Below are positions 17,899 through 34,496 of a DNA stretch of 64,000 nt, one piece after another. The stretch is from positions 416,001-480,000 of the forward strand of contig CAWKNZ010000007.1 of NCBI GenBank assembly GCA_963851265.1. The letters are read 5' to 3'. Origin of the DNA: an uncultured Gemmatimonadales bacterium (GTDB taxonomy: Bacteria > Gemmatimonadota > Gemmatimonadetes > Gemmatimonadales > Gemmatimonadaceae). How positions within the stretch are numbered: position 1 is the stretch's first letter; every line of letters begins with the position of its first letter. The translations under genes and the position numbers were made by a program. Below the pieces are notes generated by a model that saw only the letters and a list, made by a program, of their open reading frames with translations, had not been told where the DNA came from and searched no databases.

Positions 17899-19947
17899 CT
17901 AATAGTCGACGGGCCTCAGGTAGGCTTCGCCGATCGCCGTCGGACTGATCATCGCGACCGCGGGGAGGCGGCGCTTCCAGTGCGTGCCTTCGAGCCGCTT
18001 CTGCACGAGAGACACTTCAGCCGCGGGATACCCTCGCGCCACGAGGTCCTCGGCTCGGTACCCGGCGAGCAACCAGTTGAGCAGCTCGTCGGCGCGCGCA
18101 TAACGGATGCCGAAGTCGCCCTCGTCGGTCTGCCCCTGCACGAGATCCGCGCTCGCGGGCTTCTCGACGATCTCGCGCGGCACGCCGAGCTGGCGCGCGA
18201 GCGCCCACACCTGCGTCTTGTACAGGTCACCGAGCGGGTTGACCGGGGGCGAGTCGTCGGCGTGCCAGGTGTAGTAGCCGAACAGCCGCTCGGTCTTGTT
18301 ACCGGTCCCGAGCGGGAGGGCGCGGTAGCGAGCCGACAGGTCGAACAGCGCGATCATGCGCGTGCGGGCCATGACGTTGCCGCGCCGCGCGCCGTCCGCG
18401 TCGGGCTCGTGTGCCAAGTAGCCGTCGACCGCGGCCGTGATCTCGAGGGTGCGGGTCTGCACGCCGAGCGCGTCGACGACGAGTTGCGCGTGGGCGAGCG
18501 ACTCGGGGCTCGACGTGCGGTAGGGCATGCGCACGGTCACGACGTTCGCGGCACCGAGCGCGCGCGCGGCGAGAAACGTCGTGACGGCCGAATCGACGCC
18601 CCCCGAAAGCCCGACGACCGCCGTGCGGAAGCCGCGCCGGCCGAACTCGTCGCGGATGAACTCGACGAGCCACCGTTCGACGAGCGGCGCGTCGATCGCG
18701 AGCGAGGGCGGCAGGCCGTTGTCGGCGAGCGCGACGCGGGTGACGGCGATCGCTGGCGGTACCGGACGTCCCCCCGCCGGCGCGGACGTCGCGACCCCGC
18801 GTGCGCTCTCCCCGCGCGCCGGTGGGTCTCCCTCGGCGCCGGGCGCGGCGTCGGGCGCGTCCGCGACCGGGTCCGGGATCGTCGGCGACGTGACCGCGCC
18901 CGGCGACCCGACGTCGGGCGTGCCTAACGGAACCGCGGCGGGCGCAGCACCGCGCTCGTCGGCGCGCACGAGCGGGTGCGGCGCGTCGGACTCGGCGGCG
19001 GCCGGGTCGTAGTCGAGCGGGCGCCGAGGCCCGTCCTCGGTGCGGGAGAGGGCGCGGAGCAGGTGCGGCAGCCCGACGCGCAGGTCGCTCAGCAGCGGCG
19101 AGTCCGCGCGCACCCGCCGCACGTCGCCGAGGTCGAGCGTGACGTGGAGGATTTCTTCGTCGAACACCGACCCGCGCGCGCGCACGTCGCCGGCCGGACC
19201 GATCACGCTCGACGAACCGCCGAAGCTCTTCCCCCCTTCGCTGCCGACGAGGTTGGCGTAACACACCACCACGCCGTGCTCCTCGGCGATGCTGCGCACG
19301 AGGCGCTCCCACCGAGCCACGCTCGCGGGCCCGGGCACGTCGTCGCCGCGCGGCCACACGCCCCGCGCCGGAGCGGCGGAGAGGACGAACACCACCTGCG
19401 CGCCGTCGAGGGCGGCGATCGTCCCGGTGAGCGAGTGCCACGCGTCCTCGCACACCAGGATACCCGCCCGTCCCCACGGCGCGTCGAATGCGCGGAGGTC
19501 GAGTCCGCGCTCGACGAAGCGCTCCTCGTCGAACAGGCCGTACGTGGGGAGGAAGAGCTTGCGGTGCACGTGGCGCACGACCGGCGCGGCCCCGCCCTCG
19601 ACGCCTAACGTCGCGTAGAGCGCGCCGTTGTGGAGCGTGTCGCGCCACACCTCGTAGAACCCGACCACCGCGTCGAGCGGTGCGGCGGCGAGCCCGCGCG
19701 CCGCGCACGCGTCGCGATACGCGGCGTCGAGGTCGCGGGCGGCGGTGCCGGCCGTGACGGCCAGTTCGCGCACGCCGCCCTCGACGAAGTAGCCCGTGGT
19801 GGCGGTCTCGGGCAGCAGGACGACCTCGGGCCGCGGATCCAGCGCGGCGCAGTCCGCGAGGAGCTGCCCGATGCGGGCGACGTTCGCGGCGTAGGCACCC
19901 TTGACGGGTTTGAACTGCACGACGGCGGTCGTGAACGGAGTCGGCAT
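17899..19947 (-). CDS. nadE: Glutamine-dependent NAD+ synthetase (nitrilase + NadE domains)
   Basis: Nitrilase triad PE/HRK/CED; GLSGGVDS, GNVMARTRM, GTGNKTE and KPASADL...QTDE in the synthetase domain. Confidence 0.93.
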   Translation of the reverse strand: MPTPFTTAVVQFKPVKGAYAANVARIGQLLADCAALDPRPEVVLLPETATTGYFVEGGVRELAVTAGTAARDLDAAYRDACAARGLAAAPLDAVVGFYEVWRDTLHNGALYATLGVEGGAAPVVRHVHRKLFLPTYGLFDEERFVERGLDLRAFDAPWGRAGILVCEDAWHSLTGTIAALDGAQVVFVLSAAPARGVWPRGDDVPGPASVARWERLVRSIAEEHGVVVCYANLVGSEGGKSFGGSSSVIGPAGDVRARGSVFDEEILHVTLDLGDVRRVRADSPLLSDLRVGLPHLLRALSRTEDGPRRPLDYDPAAAESDAPHPLVRADERGAAPAAVPLGTPDVGSPGAVTSPTIPDPVADAPDAAPGAEGDPPARGESARGVATSAPAGGRPVPPAIAVTRVALADNGLPPSLAIDAPLVERWLVEFIRDEFGRRGFRTAVVGLSGGVDSAVTTFLAARALGAANVVTVRMPYRTSSPESLAHAQLVVDALGVQTRTLEITAAVDGYLAHEPDADGARRGNVMARTRMIALFDLSARYRALPLGTGNKTERLFGYYTWHADDSPPVNPLGDLYKTQVWALARQLGVPREIVEKPASADLVQGQTDEGDFGIRYARADELLNWLLAGYRAEDLVARGYPAAEVSLVQKRLEGTHWKRRLPAVAMISPTAIGEAYLRPVDY

Positions 19948-20043
19948 GCGGGGAGAATACATCGCCGGGGCCTCCGCCGACGACCGGGCGCGGCGCGACG
20001 TCGGCCCGGCGGCGTTGCGTTCCGGCGCATGTAACTTCCGGGC

Positions 20044-22164
20044 GTGCACACGCCCCGACACCTGAGTCCGCCGCCCGTCGCGCGACCCGCCGCGCTCGCC
20101 CTCGCCGCCGCGTCGCTCGCCGTCGCGACGCCCGTCGCCGCGCCCGCGCAGCCCGCCGCCCCCGTCGCCGGAACGGGCGAGCCGTGGCGCATCATCCCGC
20201 TGCCGCAGGCGAGCGTGGTGCTCGCGCGCGACGGCGCGACCGTGGTCGGCGAGATCGGGCGTCAGCTCCGCACGAGCGTCGCGCTGCGCTCGCTGCCGCG
20301 CTACGTGCCCGCCGCGTTCGTCGCCGTCGAGGACAAACGCTTCTACCAGCACAACGGCATCGACGTGGTCGGCATCGCCGGCGCGCTCAAGGACGCGGTG
20401 CTCGGCGAGGCGCGCGGCGCGAGCACCATCACGCAACAGCTCGTCGGCAACATGCACCCCGACGCGATCGACCGGCGCGACCGGTCTCCCGCGCGCAAGC
20501 TCCGCGAGCAGGAGGCGGCCATCGAGATGTCGCGGCACTACTCCAAGGAGCAGGTGCTCGAAGCGTACCTCAACACGATCTACTTCAACCACGGACGCTA
20601 CGGCGTCGACGCGGCTGCGCGCTACTACTTCGGCAAGCCCGCGGCGCAGCTCTCCGTCGCGGAGGCGGCCTCGCTCGCCGCGATGCCGAAGAGCCCCGTG
20701 CTGTACGACCCGTCCAGGTTCCCGGCCCGCAATCAGGAGCGGCGCAACACGGTGCTCGACCTCATGGCCGACCAGGGCATGCTCACCCGCGGACAGGCCG
20801 ATGCGGCCAAGCTCGAGCCCGTGCGCACCACGCCCGAGGGCGGCGTGGTGGCCGCGTCGCGCTATTTCGTCGACGTCGTGCGCGCACAGGCCGAGCGCGC
20901 GGGCGTGCCCATCGCGCAGGGCGGCTACCGGGTGGTGACCACGCTCGACCCCGCGCTGCAAACCGCCGCCTCCGACGCGCTCGCGCAGCAGGCGGCGGCC
21001 ATCGAGCGCCGTCCGGGCTGGCGGCGCCCAACGCTCGCGCAGTACGAGCAGGCGCGGGGCGCGGCGGCGGTCGGGTCGAACGCGCCGGCCGGCCCCGCGG
21101 CCGCGCCCGCCTACCTGCAGGGCGCGGTGGTCGCGCTCGACCCGGCCACCGGCGAGGTGCGCGCGCTGGTCGGCGGCCGCGACTACGCCGACTCGCCGTA
21201 CGACCGCGCGGTCAACGGCCGACGCCAGCCGGGGTCGAGCTTCAAGCCGTTCGTCTACTCGACCGCGCTCGCGGAGGGCACGCCGCCCAACGCCATCGTG
21301 GGCGACACGGCGATGCGGGTCCCGCTGCCCGACGGCCGCGTGTACAGCCCCGAGAACTCCGACGGGCAGTTCCTCGGCCTCATGACGATGCGCGAGGCGC
21401 TGGCCCGATCGCGGAACCCGGTGGCCGTGCAGCTCTGGCTCCAGGCGGGACCCGACTCGGTGGCGGCGCTCGCCCGGCGCGCCGGCATCAACACGCCCAT
21501 CGCGCCCAACCCGGCCAACGCGCTCGGCGCGACCGCGCTGCAGCCGCTCGACTTCGTGGCCGCGTACGCCGCGTTCGACAACGGCGGGCTCGCGGTGTCG
21601 CCACGCTTCGTCGCGCGCGTCGAGGACCGCACCGGGCGCACCGTCTGGGCGCCCCAGGTCCCCGCACCCGCCCCGGCCATCGACCCGCGCGTCACGTACA
21701 TCATGCGCGACATGATGCGCGACGTCGTCGACCGCGGCACCGCGACCAGCGTGCGCCGCTTCGTCCCCGCGCGCGTGCCCGTTGCCGGCAAGACGGGCAC
21801 GACGAGCGACAACGTCGACGTCTGGTTCGTAGGCATGACGCCCGACCTCGTCGCCGGCGTCTGGCTCGGCTTCGACCGTCCACAGACGATCACCTCGGGC
21901 GCCGCGGGCGGGACGCTCGCCGCGCCGGTGTGGGGGCAGATGGTCGCACGTTGGTACCAGAACCGCGCGCCGGGCGGCGCGTGGGGGCCGCCGCCGCCCG
22001 GCGTGGTGTCGCTCGTGCTCGACCGCCAGAGCGGCCAGCCCGCGGACACCACGACGCCTGGCGAGCGGAAGTACACGGAGTACTTCGTCGAGGGGACCGA
22101 GCCCGGCGCACAGACGTTCGACCCCTGGAGCGTGTTCCGCGCAGGCCCGATAATCCGGCCGTGA
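20044..22164 (+). CDS. Class A penicillin-binding protein (PBP1A family)
   Basis: EDKRFYQHNG, GASTITQQL, RK..E and YLNTIY (transglycosylase); SSFK, SRN and KTGT (transpeptidase). Confidence 0.94.
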   Translation: MHTPRHLSPPPVARPAALALAAASLAVATPVAAPAQPAAPVAGTGEPWRIIPLPQASVVLARDGATVVGEIGRQLRTSVALRSLPRYVPAAFVAVEDKRFYQHNGIDVVGIAGALKDAVLGEARGASTITQQLVGNMHPDAIDRRDRSPARKLREQEAAIEMSRHYSKEQVLEAYLNTIYFNHGRYGVDAAARYYFGKPAAQLSVAEAASLAAMPKSPVLYDPSRFPARNQERRNTVLDLMADQGMLTRGQADAAKLEPVRTTPEGGVVAASRYFVDVVRAQAERAGVPIAQGGYRVVTTLDPALQTAASDALAQQAAAIERRPGWRRPTLAQYEQARGAAAVGSNAPAGPAAAPAYLQGAVVALDPATGEVRALVGGRDYADSPYDRAVNGRRQPGSSFKPFVYSTALAEGTPPNAIVGDTAMRVPLPDGRVYSPENSDGQFLGLMTMREALARSRNPVAVQLWLQAGPDSVAALARRAGINTPIAPNPANALGATALQPLDFVAAYAAFDNGGLAVSPRFVARVEDRTGRTVWAPQVPAPAPAIDPRVTYIMRDMMRDVVDRGTATSVRRFVPARVPVAGKTGTTSDNVDVWFVGMTPDLVAGVWLGFDRPQTITSGAAGGTLAAPVWGQMVARWYQNRAPGGAWGPPPPGVVSLVLDRQSGQPADTTTPGERKYTEYFVEGTEPGAQTFDPWSVFRAGPIIRP

Positions 22165-22292
22165 AACGCGCCTGACGTGAGGCGCCGCACGTCGTGCATG
22201 ACGCGGCCGTCACGGGCACGTCACGCTCGGCACGTTAGCTTCACCGTCGGGAGGGGCGGGGCATCCGACGATTCGAGCAACGCACGGCTCTC

Positions 22293-24309
<2,017 letters not shown>

Positions 24310-24313
24310 GCCG

Positions 24314-26917
24314 TCAGCGCGCCGCCGCGGCCTCTTCCATCTCCTCCATCACGGTCTTGCGGGCCGCGCCGGCCGCCGGCCCTTGGGCCGGCAGCAGGGC
24401 GACCTCGAACACCTCGTCGAGGGTCTCGACGGGGTGGAAGGTGAGCTCGTCGCGCACCTCCTGCGGGATGTCCTCCATGTCGGCCTCGTTGGCCTTGGGG
24501 AGGATGATGTGCTTGATGCCGGCCCGGTGGGCGCCGAGCACCTTTTCCTTCAGGCCGCCGATCGGGAGCACGCGGCCCCGGAGGGTCGCCTCACCCGTCA
24601 TCGCGACGTCGCGGCGCACGGGGCGCCCGCTCATCGCGGAGACGATCGCCGTGCTCATCCCGGTGCCCGCGCTCGGTCCGTCCTTGGGGATCGCGCCCGC
24701 GGGGACGTGCACGTGCACCTCGATGTTGCCGAGCCGGTCTTCCGGGATCCGCAGGCGGCCGGCGTGCGTCGCGGCGTAGGTGAGCGCGGCGCGCGCGCTC
24801 TCCTTCATCACGTCGCCTAACTGGCCGGTGAGGATCAGCGAGACGTTGCCGTAGCCGGCCACCTGCATTCCCTCGTCGGCCGAGTCGCCGTTCCGGCGTC
24901 CGCCCGCGCTCAGCCGCCGGATGGCGGCCTCGATGAACATGATGTCGCCGCCCATCGGCGTGTAGTACATGCCGGTGGCCACGCCCACCTCGTTCTGCTC
25001 GCCGACCTTCTCGGGGTGCACGCGCGGCCGGCCCAGCAGCTCGCGCACCTCCTCGGCGTCGATCGTGTTGTCGTCGAGCACGGCCGCGTTGCCGGTCGCC
25101 ACGCGACGGGCCACCTTGCGGGCGACCGCGCCCACCTGGCGCTCGAGCTGGCGGACGCCCGCCTCGCGCGTGTACTCGCTGACGATGCGCATCACCGCGT
25201 CGTCGGTGAACGCGATGTGCTTGTCGCCGAGGCCGCTCTCCTCGAGCTGGCGCGGAATCAGGTACTTCTTCGCGATCTCCGCCTTCTCGCGCTCGGTGTA
25301 GCCGGCGAACTCGACCACCTCCATGCGGTCCATCAGCGGCCCGCTGATGTTCTGCGGGAAGTTGGCGGTCGCGATGAAGAGGCACTCGCTGAGGTCGAAC
25401 GGCACGCCCATGTAGTGGTCGACGAACGCGTTGTTCTGCGCCGGGTCGAGCACCTCGAGCAGCGCCGCCGCGGGGTCGCCCTGGAAGCCGTGACCGAGCT
25501 TGTCGACCTCGTCGAGCAGGAAGACGGGGTTCTTCGTGCCCGCCTGCTTCATCCCCTGGATGATGCGCCCCGGGAGCGCGCCGACGTAGGTGCGCCGGTG
25601 CCCGCGGATGTCCGCCTCGTCGCGCGCGCCGCCGAGGGCCACGCGCACGTACTCGCGGCCTAACGCCTTCGCGATCGACTTGGCGATCGAGGTCTTACCC
25701 ACGCCCGGCGGGCCGGTGAAGAGCAGGATCGGGCCGCGCGCCATGGCCTTGGCCTTCGCCTCCTTCGTGTCGGTCACCGGGCGGTCACCGTCGGCCGTGC
25801 TCGCGGCGAGCGTGGGCGTCGCGTCGTCGCTCTCCGGCATCAGCTCCGACGCGGGCACCTCGCCCTTCTCCTCGACTTCCCTGGCCATCTGATCCGCGCG
25901 CAGCTGGCGCACGGCGAGGAACTCGAGCACGCGGTCCTTGACGTCCTGCAGCCCGTAGTGATCCTCGTCCAGGATCCCCGTCGCGCCGTTCAGGTCGAGG
26001 CGGTCGTCGCTCCGCGTCCCCCAGGGCAGTTCGGCGATCCACTCGAGGTACGTGCGGATGACCTGCGCCTCCATCGACTCGCGGCCGGCGCGCTCCAGAC
26101 GGCCGAGTTCGCGCTCGACCTCCTGCCGCGCCTCCTTCGGCAGCGGCAGCGCGCCCAACTTCTCGCGCAGCGCCTCGAGCTCCTTCGACTGGTCGTCGTC
26201 GCCGAGCTCCTTCTGGATGGCCTTCATCTGCTCGCGCAGGAACATCTCGCGCTGGCGCTCGCCCAGCTCTTCCTGCACCGCGCTCTTGATGTCCTCCTGC
26301 GCCTCGAGCAGGCCGATCTGGCGCTGCACGAGCACGAGCACCTTGCGCATGCGCTCCTCGACGCTGAGCGTCTCGAGCAGCCCCTGCTTCTCGGCAACCG
26401 TCAGCTCGATGTAGCCGGCCACGAGGTCGGCGAACTTGCCCGGCTCGGTGACCGAGTCGAGCACCTGGTGCACGACCTCCTCGGGCAGCCCGCGGCGTTC
26501 TCCGAGCTCCGCGGCGCGCTCGCGCGTCTCCTTGTGGAGCGCCTCGAACGCGGCGTCCTTGTCGTCGAGCGGCAGCATCTCTTCGGCGGGCACCGTGACC
26601 GCATGGAGGTACCCGTCGGTCGTGGTGAACTGGAGCGCGGTCGCACGCTGCTCGCCCTGGAGCAGGAGCTGCACGCCGCCCAGCCCGCGCTGGATCTGCC
26701 CGATGCGGGCGATCACGCCGGTGGTGTAGAGGTTCTCCGACGACGGTTCGTCCGAGTTGTCGCGCTGCGCCACGGCGAACACGACGCGCTCGTCTTTGAG
26801 CGCCGCCTCGATCGCGCGCAGCGTCCCGGGCCGCCCGGCCGCGATGGGCTGTGTGACGCCGGGGAAGATGACCGTCCCGCGCAGCGGCAGGACGGGAAGG
26901 GTTTGGCGATGTGCCAT
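24314..26917 (-). CDS. lon: Lon protease (endopeptidase La)
   Basis: N-terminal LPVLPLR; GPPGVGKTS; LLDEVDK; PKDGPSAG catalytic Ser; IGGLKEK. Confidence 0.97.
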   Translation of the reverse strand: MAHRQTLPVLPLRGTVIFPGVTQPIAAGRPGTLRAIEAALKDERVVFAVAQRDNSDEPSSENLYTTGVIARIGQIQRGLGGVQLLLQGEQRATALQFTTTDGYLHAVTVPAEEMLPLDDKDAAFEALHKETRERAAELGERRGLPEEVVHQVLDSVTEPGKFADLVAGYIELTVAEKQGLLETLSVEERMRKVLVLVQRQIGLLEAQEDIKSAVQEELGERQREMFLREQMKAIQKELGDDDQSKELEALREKLGALPLPKEARQEVERELGRLERAGRESMEAQVIRTYLEWIAELPWGTRSDDRLDLNGATGILDEDHYGLQDVKDRVLEFLAVRQLRADQMAREVEEKGEVPASELMPESDDATPTLAASTADGDRPVTDTKEAKAKAMARGPILLFTGPPGVGKTSIAKSIAKALGREYVRVALGGARDEADIRGHRRTYVGALPGRIIQGMKQAGTKNPVFLLDEVDKLGHGFQGDPAAALLEVLDPAQNNAFVDHYMGVPFDLSECLFIATANFPQNISGPLMDRMEVVEFAGYTEREKAEIAKKYLIPRQLEESGLGDKHIAFTDDAVMRIVSEYTREAGVRQLERQVGAVARKVARRVATGNAAVLDDNTIDAEEVRELLGRPRVHPEKVGEQNEVGVATGMYYTPMGGDIMFIEAAIRRLSAGGRRNGDSADEGMQVAGYGNVSLILTGQLGDVMKESARAALTYAATHAGRLRIPEDRLGNIEVHVHVPAGAIPKDGPSAGTGMSTAIVSAMSGRPVRRDVAMTGEATLRGRVLPIGGLKEKVLGAHRAGIKHIILPKANEADMEDIPQEVRDELTFHPVETLDEVFEVALLPAQGPAAGAARKTVMEEMEEAAAAR

Positions 26918-27221
26918 TGCGTTGATGACCGATGCTGGGGGCGTGGCGGCGCGGCGGGCGCCGAGCGATCGCTCGGCGGAGCGGGCCGCGTCGCACGCTC
27001 CGTTCCTGCCCGGCCTCTATTGCACGATGCGCGCACCCCCGGTGTGCCACCCTGGCTTGGATTTGACGGCCCATAGCTGCGCGGGTGTCGTGGCCGGCGC
27101 GTGCTGCTGCCGGAACGGCGGCGCCGCCCACGCAGTTCCGGGCCGCAGGTGCGGTGCCTGTTCGGAGTCGCCTGCGGCTGCTACACTAGGGCTCACCCCA
27201 CCCGCTGCGACCACTCCCGCC

Positions 27222-29435
<2,214 letters not shown>

Positions 29436-29583
29436 CGCGTCCGCCCCGCCGCAGCACGGCCGGAGTGCGAGCGGCCGGGCCCGCGCGGCGGCGCGGCGGC
29501 GCGCGACACTTCGCCGCGCGGCGTGCCGTAGAGCACGCGGCCGTACCGGTCGTCGTTCCTTCTGCTTTCGCCGCGCGCTCGTG

Positions 29584-31856
<2,273 letters not shown>

Positions 31857-31860
<4 letters not shown>

Positions 31861-32420
31861 AGATCACCCTCGTGCGACACGGCCGGCCGACGCTGTGGCG
31901 CGCTGGCTGGCTGTCGCGGGCGGGTTTCGAGGCCTGGTGCGCGGCGTACGACGCGGCCGGGCTCGGTAGCGACGCCGCCCCGCCTGCCGGGATCGTCCGG
32001 CTCGCGCGGGACGCCGCGCTCGTGGTCAGCAGCGACCTGCGGCGCGCGCGCGAGTCGGCGGCGGCGCTGCGGCCGGGTGCCCCGAACGTGATCTGGCCGC
32101 TCCTGCGCGAGGTCGACCTACCGGCGGCGGCCTTCACGCCCGCGCTGCGACTTCCGCTCACCGGGTGGCTCGTCGTCGCCCGGGTGGGGTGGACCACGGC
32201 GTGGCTCGCCAGCGACGAACCCCGGGCGGCCGCGAGGACGCGGGCCGTCGCGGCCGCCGACGCGCTCGAAGCGGCCGCGCGCGGCGGCGCCGTCGTCGCC
32301 GTCGGGCACGGCGTGTTCCACGGCATGACGGCCGCGGTGTTGCGGGCGCGCGGGTGGCGCGGGCCGCCGTGGTGGGCGGGGCGCTACTGGGCGACGACGA
32401 CGCTCTCCCGCGACCCGTGA
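31857..32420 (+). CDS. Histidine phosphatase family protein (probable CTG start)
   Basis: KITLVRHG, SSDLRRARESA, LREV and VAVGHG motifs; CTG at 31857 overlaps the kinase TGA; GAGGTG SD 8 nt upstream. Confidence 0.75.
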
Positions 32421-32475
32421 ACGGGCGTCGGGCCCGGCTCCGCGTTAGGCCGGTAGGGCGCCGGCGTGCGACACG

Positions 32476-32793
32476 TTAGGCGTCGTCCAGGTCGGCGAGC
32501 CGCGCCTCGAGCTCCTGCGCCATGCCGACGTGGCCGAAGCGGTACGACGCCTCCACGCCCTTCGTGAGCGCGTCGCGCGCGCCGGCCGCGTCGCCGAGCG
32601 CCGAGCGCGCCTCGGCCAGCCGCCCCCAGCCGTTGCCCTCGTCGTCGTAGCGCGCGAGGTAGGCCTCGAGCTGCTCCACCGCGTCGGCCCAGGCGCCGAC
32701 CTTCAGCAGCTCGTTCGCCAGCCCGAACCGCGCGAGTGGGTTCCCGGGCTGCCGCGCGACCATGTCGCGGAATGTGTCGATCTTGTCGGCCAT
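32476..32793 (-). CDS. Small tetratricopeptide-repeat protein
   Basis: PGNPLARFGLANELLK...GWGRLAEARSALGD TPR-like helices. Confidence 0.8.
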   Translation of the reverse strand: MADKIDTFRDMVARQPGNPLARFGLANELLKVGAWADAVEQLEAYLARYDDEGNGWGRLAEARSALGDAAGARDALTKGVEASYRFGHVGMAQELEARLADLDDA

Positions 32794-32832
32794 CGTGGGG
32801 CGGGTCGTGAGGCGGACGGAGGGGTGGCGCGC

Positions 32833-33657
32833 CTATTCGCGCGCGAGCAGTCGCGCGATCGCGTCGCCGACGACGCGCGGCTGCTCTTCGGGGAGGAAGT
32901 GGCGTCCGTCGGCTACGACATCGAGCGTCGCGCCGGGGATGTCCTGCGCCAGCCGCTCCGCGATCGCGGGCGGAACGAACGCGTCGTGCGCGCCGGTGAC
33001 GATCGCCGTCGGCATCACGAGATCCTTGAGCCGCGGCGTCAGCGCCTGGGTTTCCGACGCGTCGAGGGCGAGCAGGTGCTCGACCAGCGCGTCGCGCCCT
33101 TCCGCGGTGCGGAACGGCCGCAGGTAGCGCGTCACGGAGCGCTCGCCCGCGTCGTGGTCCACGTAGCCCCGCAGCACCTCCTTGCGGAGCAGCGAGAGCA
33201 GGAACGTCGGCGGCAGGTGCCGCGTGAGCGGCAGCATCGCGCGCAGCACGCGCAGCTCGCGCGCGGGCCAGTCGTCGTACGCGACGGCACTCACGAGCCC
33301 GAGGCGCGCCACGCGCTGCGGCCAGCGCACGGCCATCGCGAGCGCCACCGCGCCGCCGAGCTCGTGCCCCACCACGCACGCGTAGTTGATGCCGACGGCG
33401 TCGAGCAGCGCGATGAGTCGCTCGGCGTGGGCGCGTACCGAGAGCGACTGGCCGTCGGGGCGGTCGCTGCGCCCGTAGCCGAGCAGGTCGACGAGCAGCA
33501 CGCGGTGGTCGGTGGGCAGGCACGCGGCGACCCGCGACCAGAGGTGCGACGACGTCGGGAAGCCGTGAAGGAGCACCACGGGCTCACCACCGCCACGTGA
33601 GCCCGCGGCGTGCGCGTAGAGCCGGACGCCGCCCACATCGATGAATTCGCCGCGCAT
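32833..33657 (-). CDS. Alpha/beta hydrolase (epoxide hydrolase/dehalogenase-like)
   Basis: LLHGFPTSSHLW, DLLGYGRSD, GHELGG elbow, GAHD and HFLPEE. Confidence 0.88.
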   Translation of the reverse strand: MRGEFIDVGGVRLYAHAAGSRGGGEPVVLLHGFPTSSHLWSRVAACLPTDHRVLLVDLLGYGRSDRPDGQSLSVRAHAERLIALLDAVGINYACVVGHELGGAVALAMAVRWPQRVARLGLVSAVAYDDWPARELRVLRAMLPLTRHLPPTFLLSLLRKEVLRGYVDHDAGERSVTRYLRPFRTAEGRDALVEHLLALDASETQALTPRLKDLVMPTAIVTGAHDAFVPPAIAERLAQDIPGATLDVVADGRHFLPEEQPRVVGDAIARLLARE

Positions 33658-33898
33658 CCCGGACGGGCGTGGCGTTAGGCAACCGCGCCGCGCGCGTGCG
33701 CGCGGCGTGCGGGGCGGGCCGGGTCGGGGGCGGCGCGGGGCCGGAGTGGGGCTGGCACGGGCGCAAGATGCGGCCCCGCGCCCGGACTCGACAAGTCGAG
33801 CCGGGCGCGGGGCCGCATCCCGCGCCGCCGCTGGCGGCGCCGCGCTGCAGGTGCTACTCGCGTGCGGGTGCCATATCCGCTACACGCGTCGGGTGGCG

Positions 33899-34351
33899 TT
33901 AGCGCGCCGCGCCCGAGCCGTTCACGGGCCGCTGCCGCGCGTGCGCGCGCCAGTCCGCGACGTTGCGGTCGAACGTCGCCTGCTGGTCGGGCGTGAGTAC
34001 CCCGCGGATGTCGGTCAGCCGCTGTTCACGCGTCGCGTGTGCGCGCGCGCGGCGCGCGGCGTGTGACGCGGTATCGCCCGCGACCGACCCGGGGACGCCC
34101 ATCGAGCGACGCTCCTCGCGGTAGCGCGTCTGGATCGTCTTGAGCTGCGCGCGCTGCGAGGCGGACAGCGAGATGCCGCGCAGCAGCGCGCGTCGCATGC
34201 CGCCGTGGTGCACGTGCGCTCCGCGCATGGACGACACCGCAGCGGGCGGTTGCGGCGCGCCCGACGCCGAGGTCTGTGCGCCGAGCCGCGCGCCGCCGAA
34301 CGCGACGGCACCGCACGCGGCGCCGCAAAGGATCAGAAATGAGCTACGCAT
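33899..34351 (-). CDS. Spy/CpxP-like periplasmic protein (LTxxQ motifs)
   Basis: Signal peptide; LSASQRAQ and VLTPDQQATF motifs. Confidence 0.75.
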   Translation of the reverse strand: MRSSFLILCGAACGAVAFGGARLGAQTSASGAPQPPAAVSSMRGAHVHHGGMRRALLRGISLSASQRAQLKTIQTRYREERRSMGVPGSVAGDTASHAARRARAHATREQRLTDIRGVLTPDQQATFDRNVADWRAHARQRPVNGSGAAR

Positions 34352-34433
34352 CGTCGTGACCTCTCGTGTGGTGGGTGGTGCAACACGCCCCGTTCGACGT
34401 CACGCCCGCCCCGACGTTAACCCGCGTCGCGCG

Positions 34434-34460
34434 CGACGCGTTCGACGCGTTCGACGCGTT
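34434..34460. repeat. Tandem repeat (CGACGCGTT)x3
   Basis: Three exact 9-nt units in the divergent intergenic region. Confidence 0.8.
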
Positions 34461-34496
34461 CGCACGACTACGCCGGGGCGTGCGTAGCTTTCGCCC

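Noticed and set aside
33675..33758. Possible leaderless 27-codon uORF (minus strand) ahead of the GHELGG hydrolase
   Set aside because: Low-complexity peptide with only a weak CATCTT box as support; may simply be a 5' UTR.
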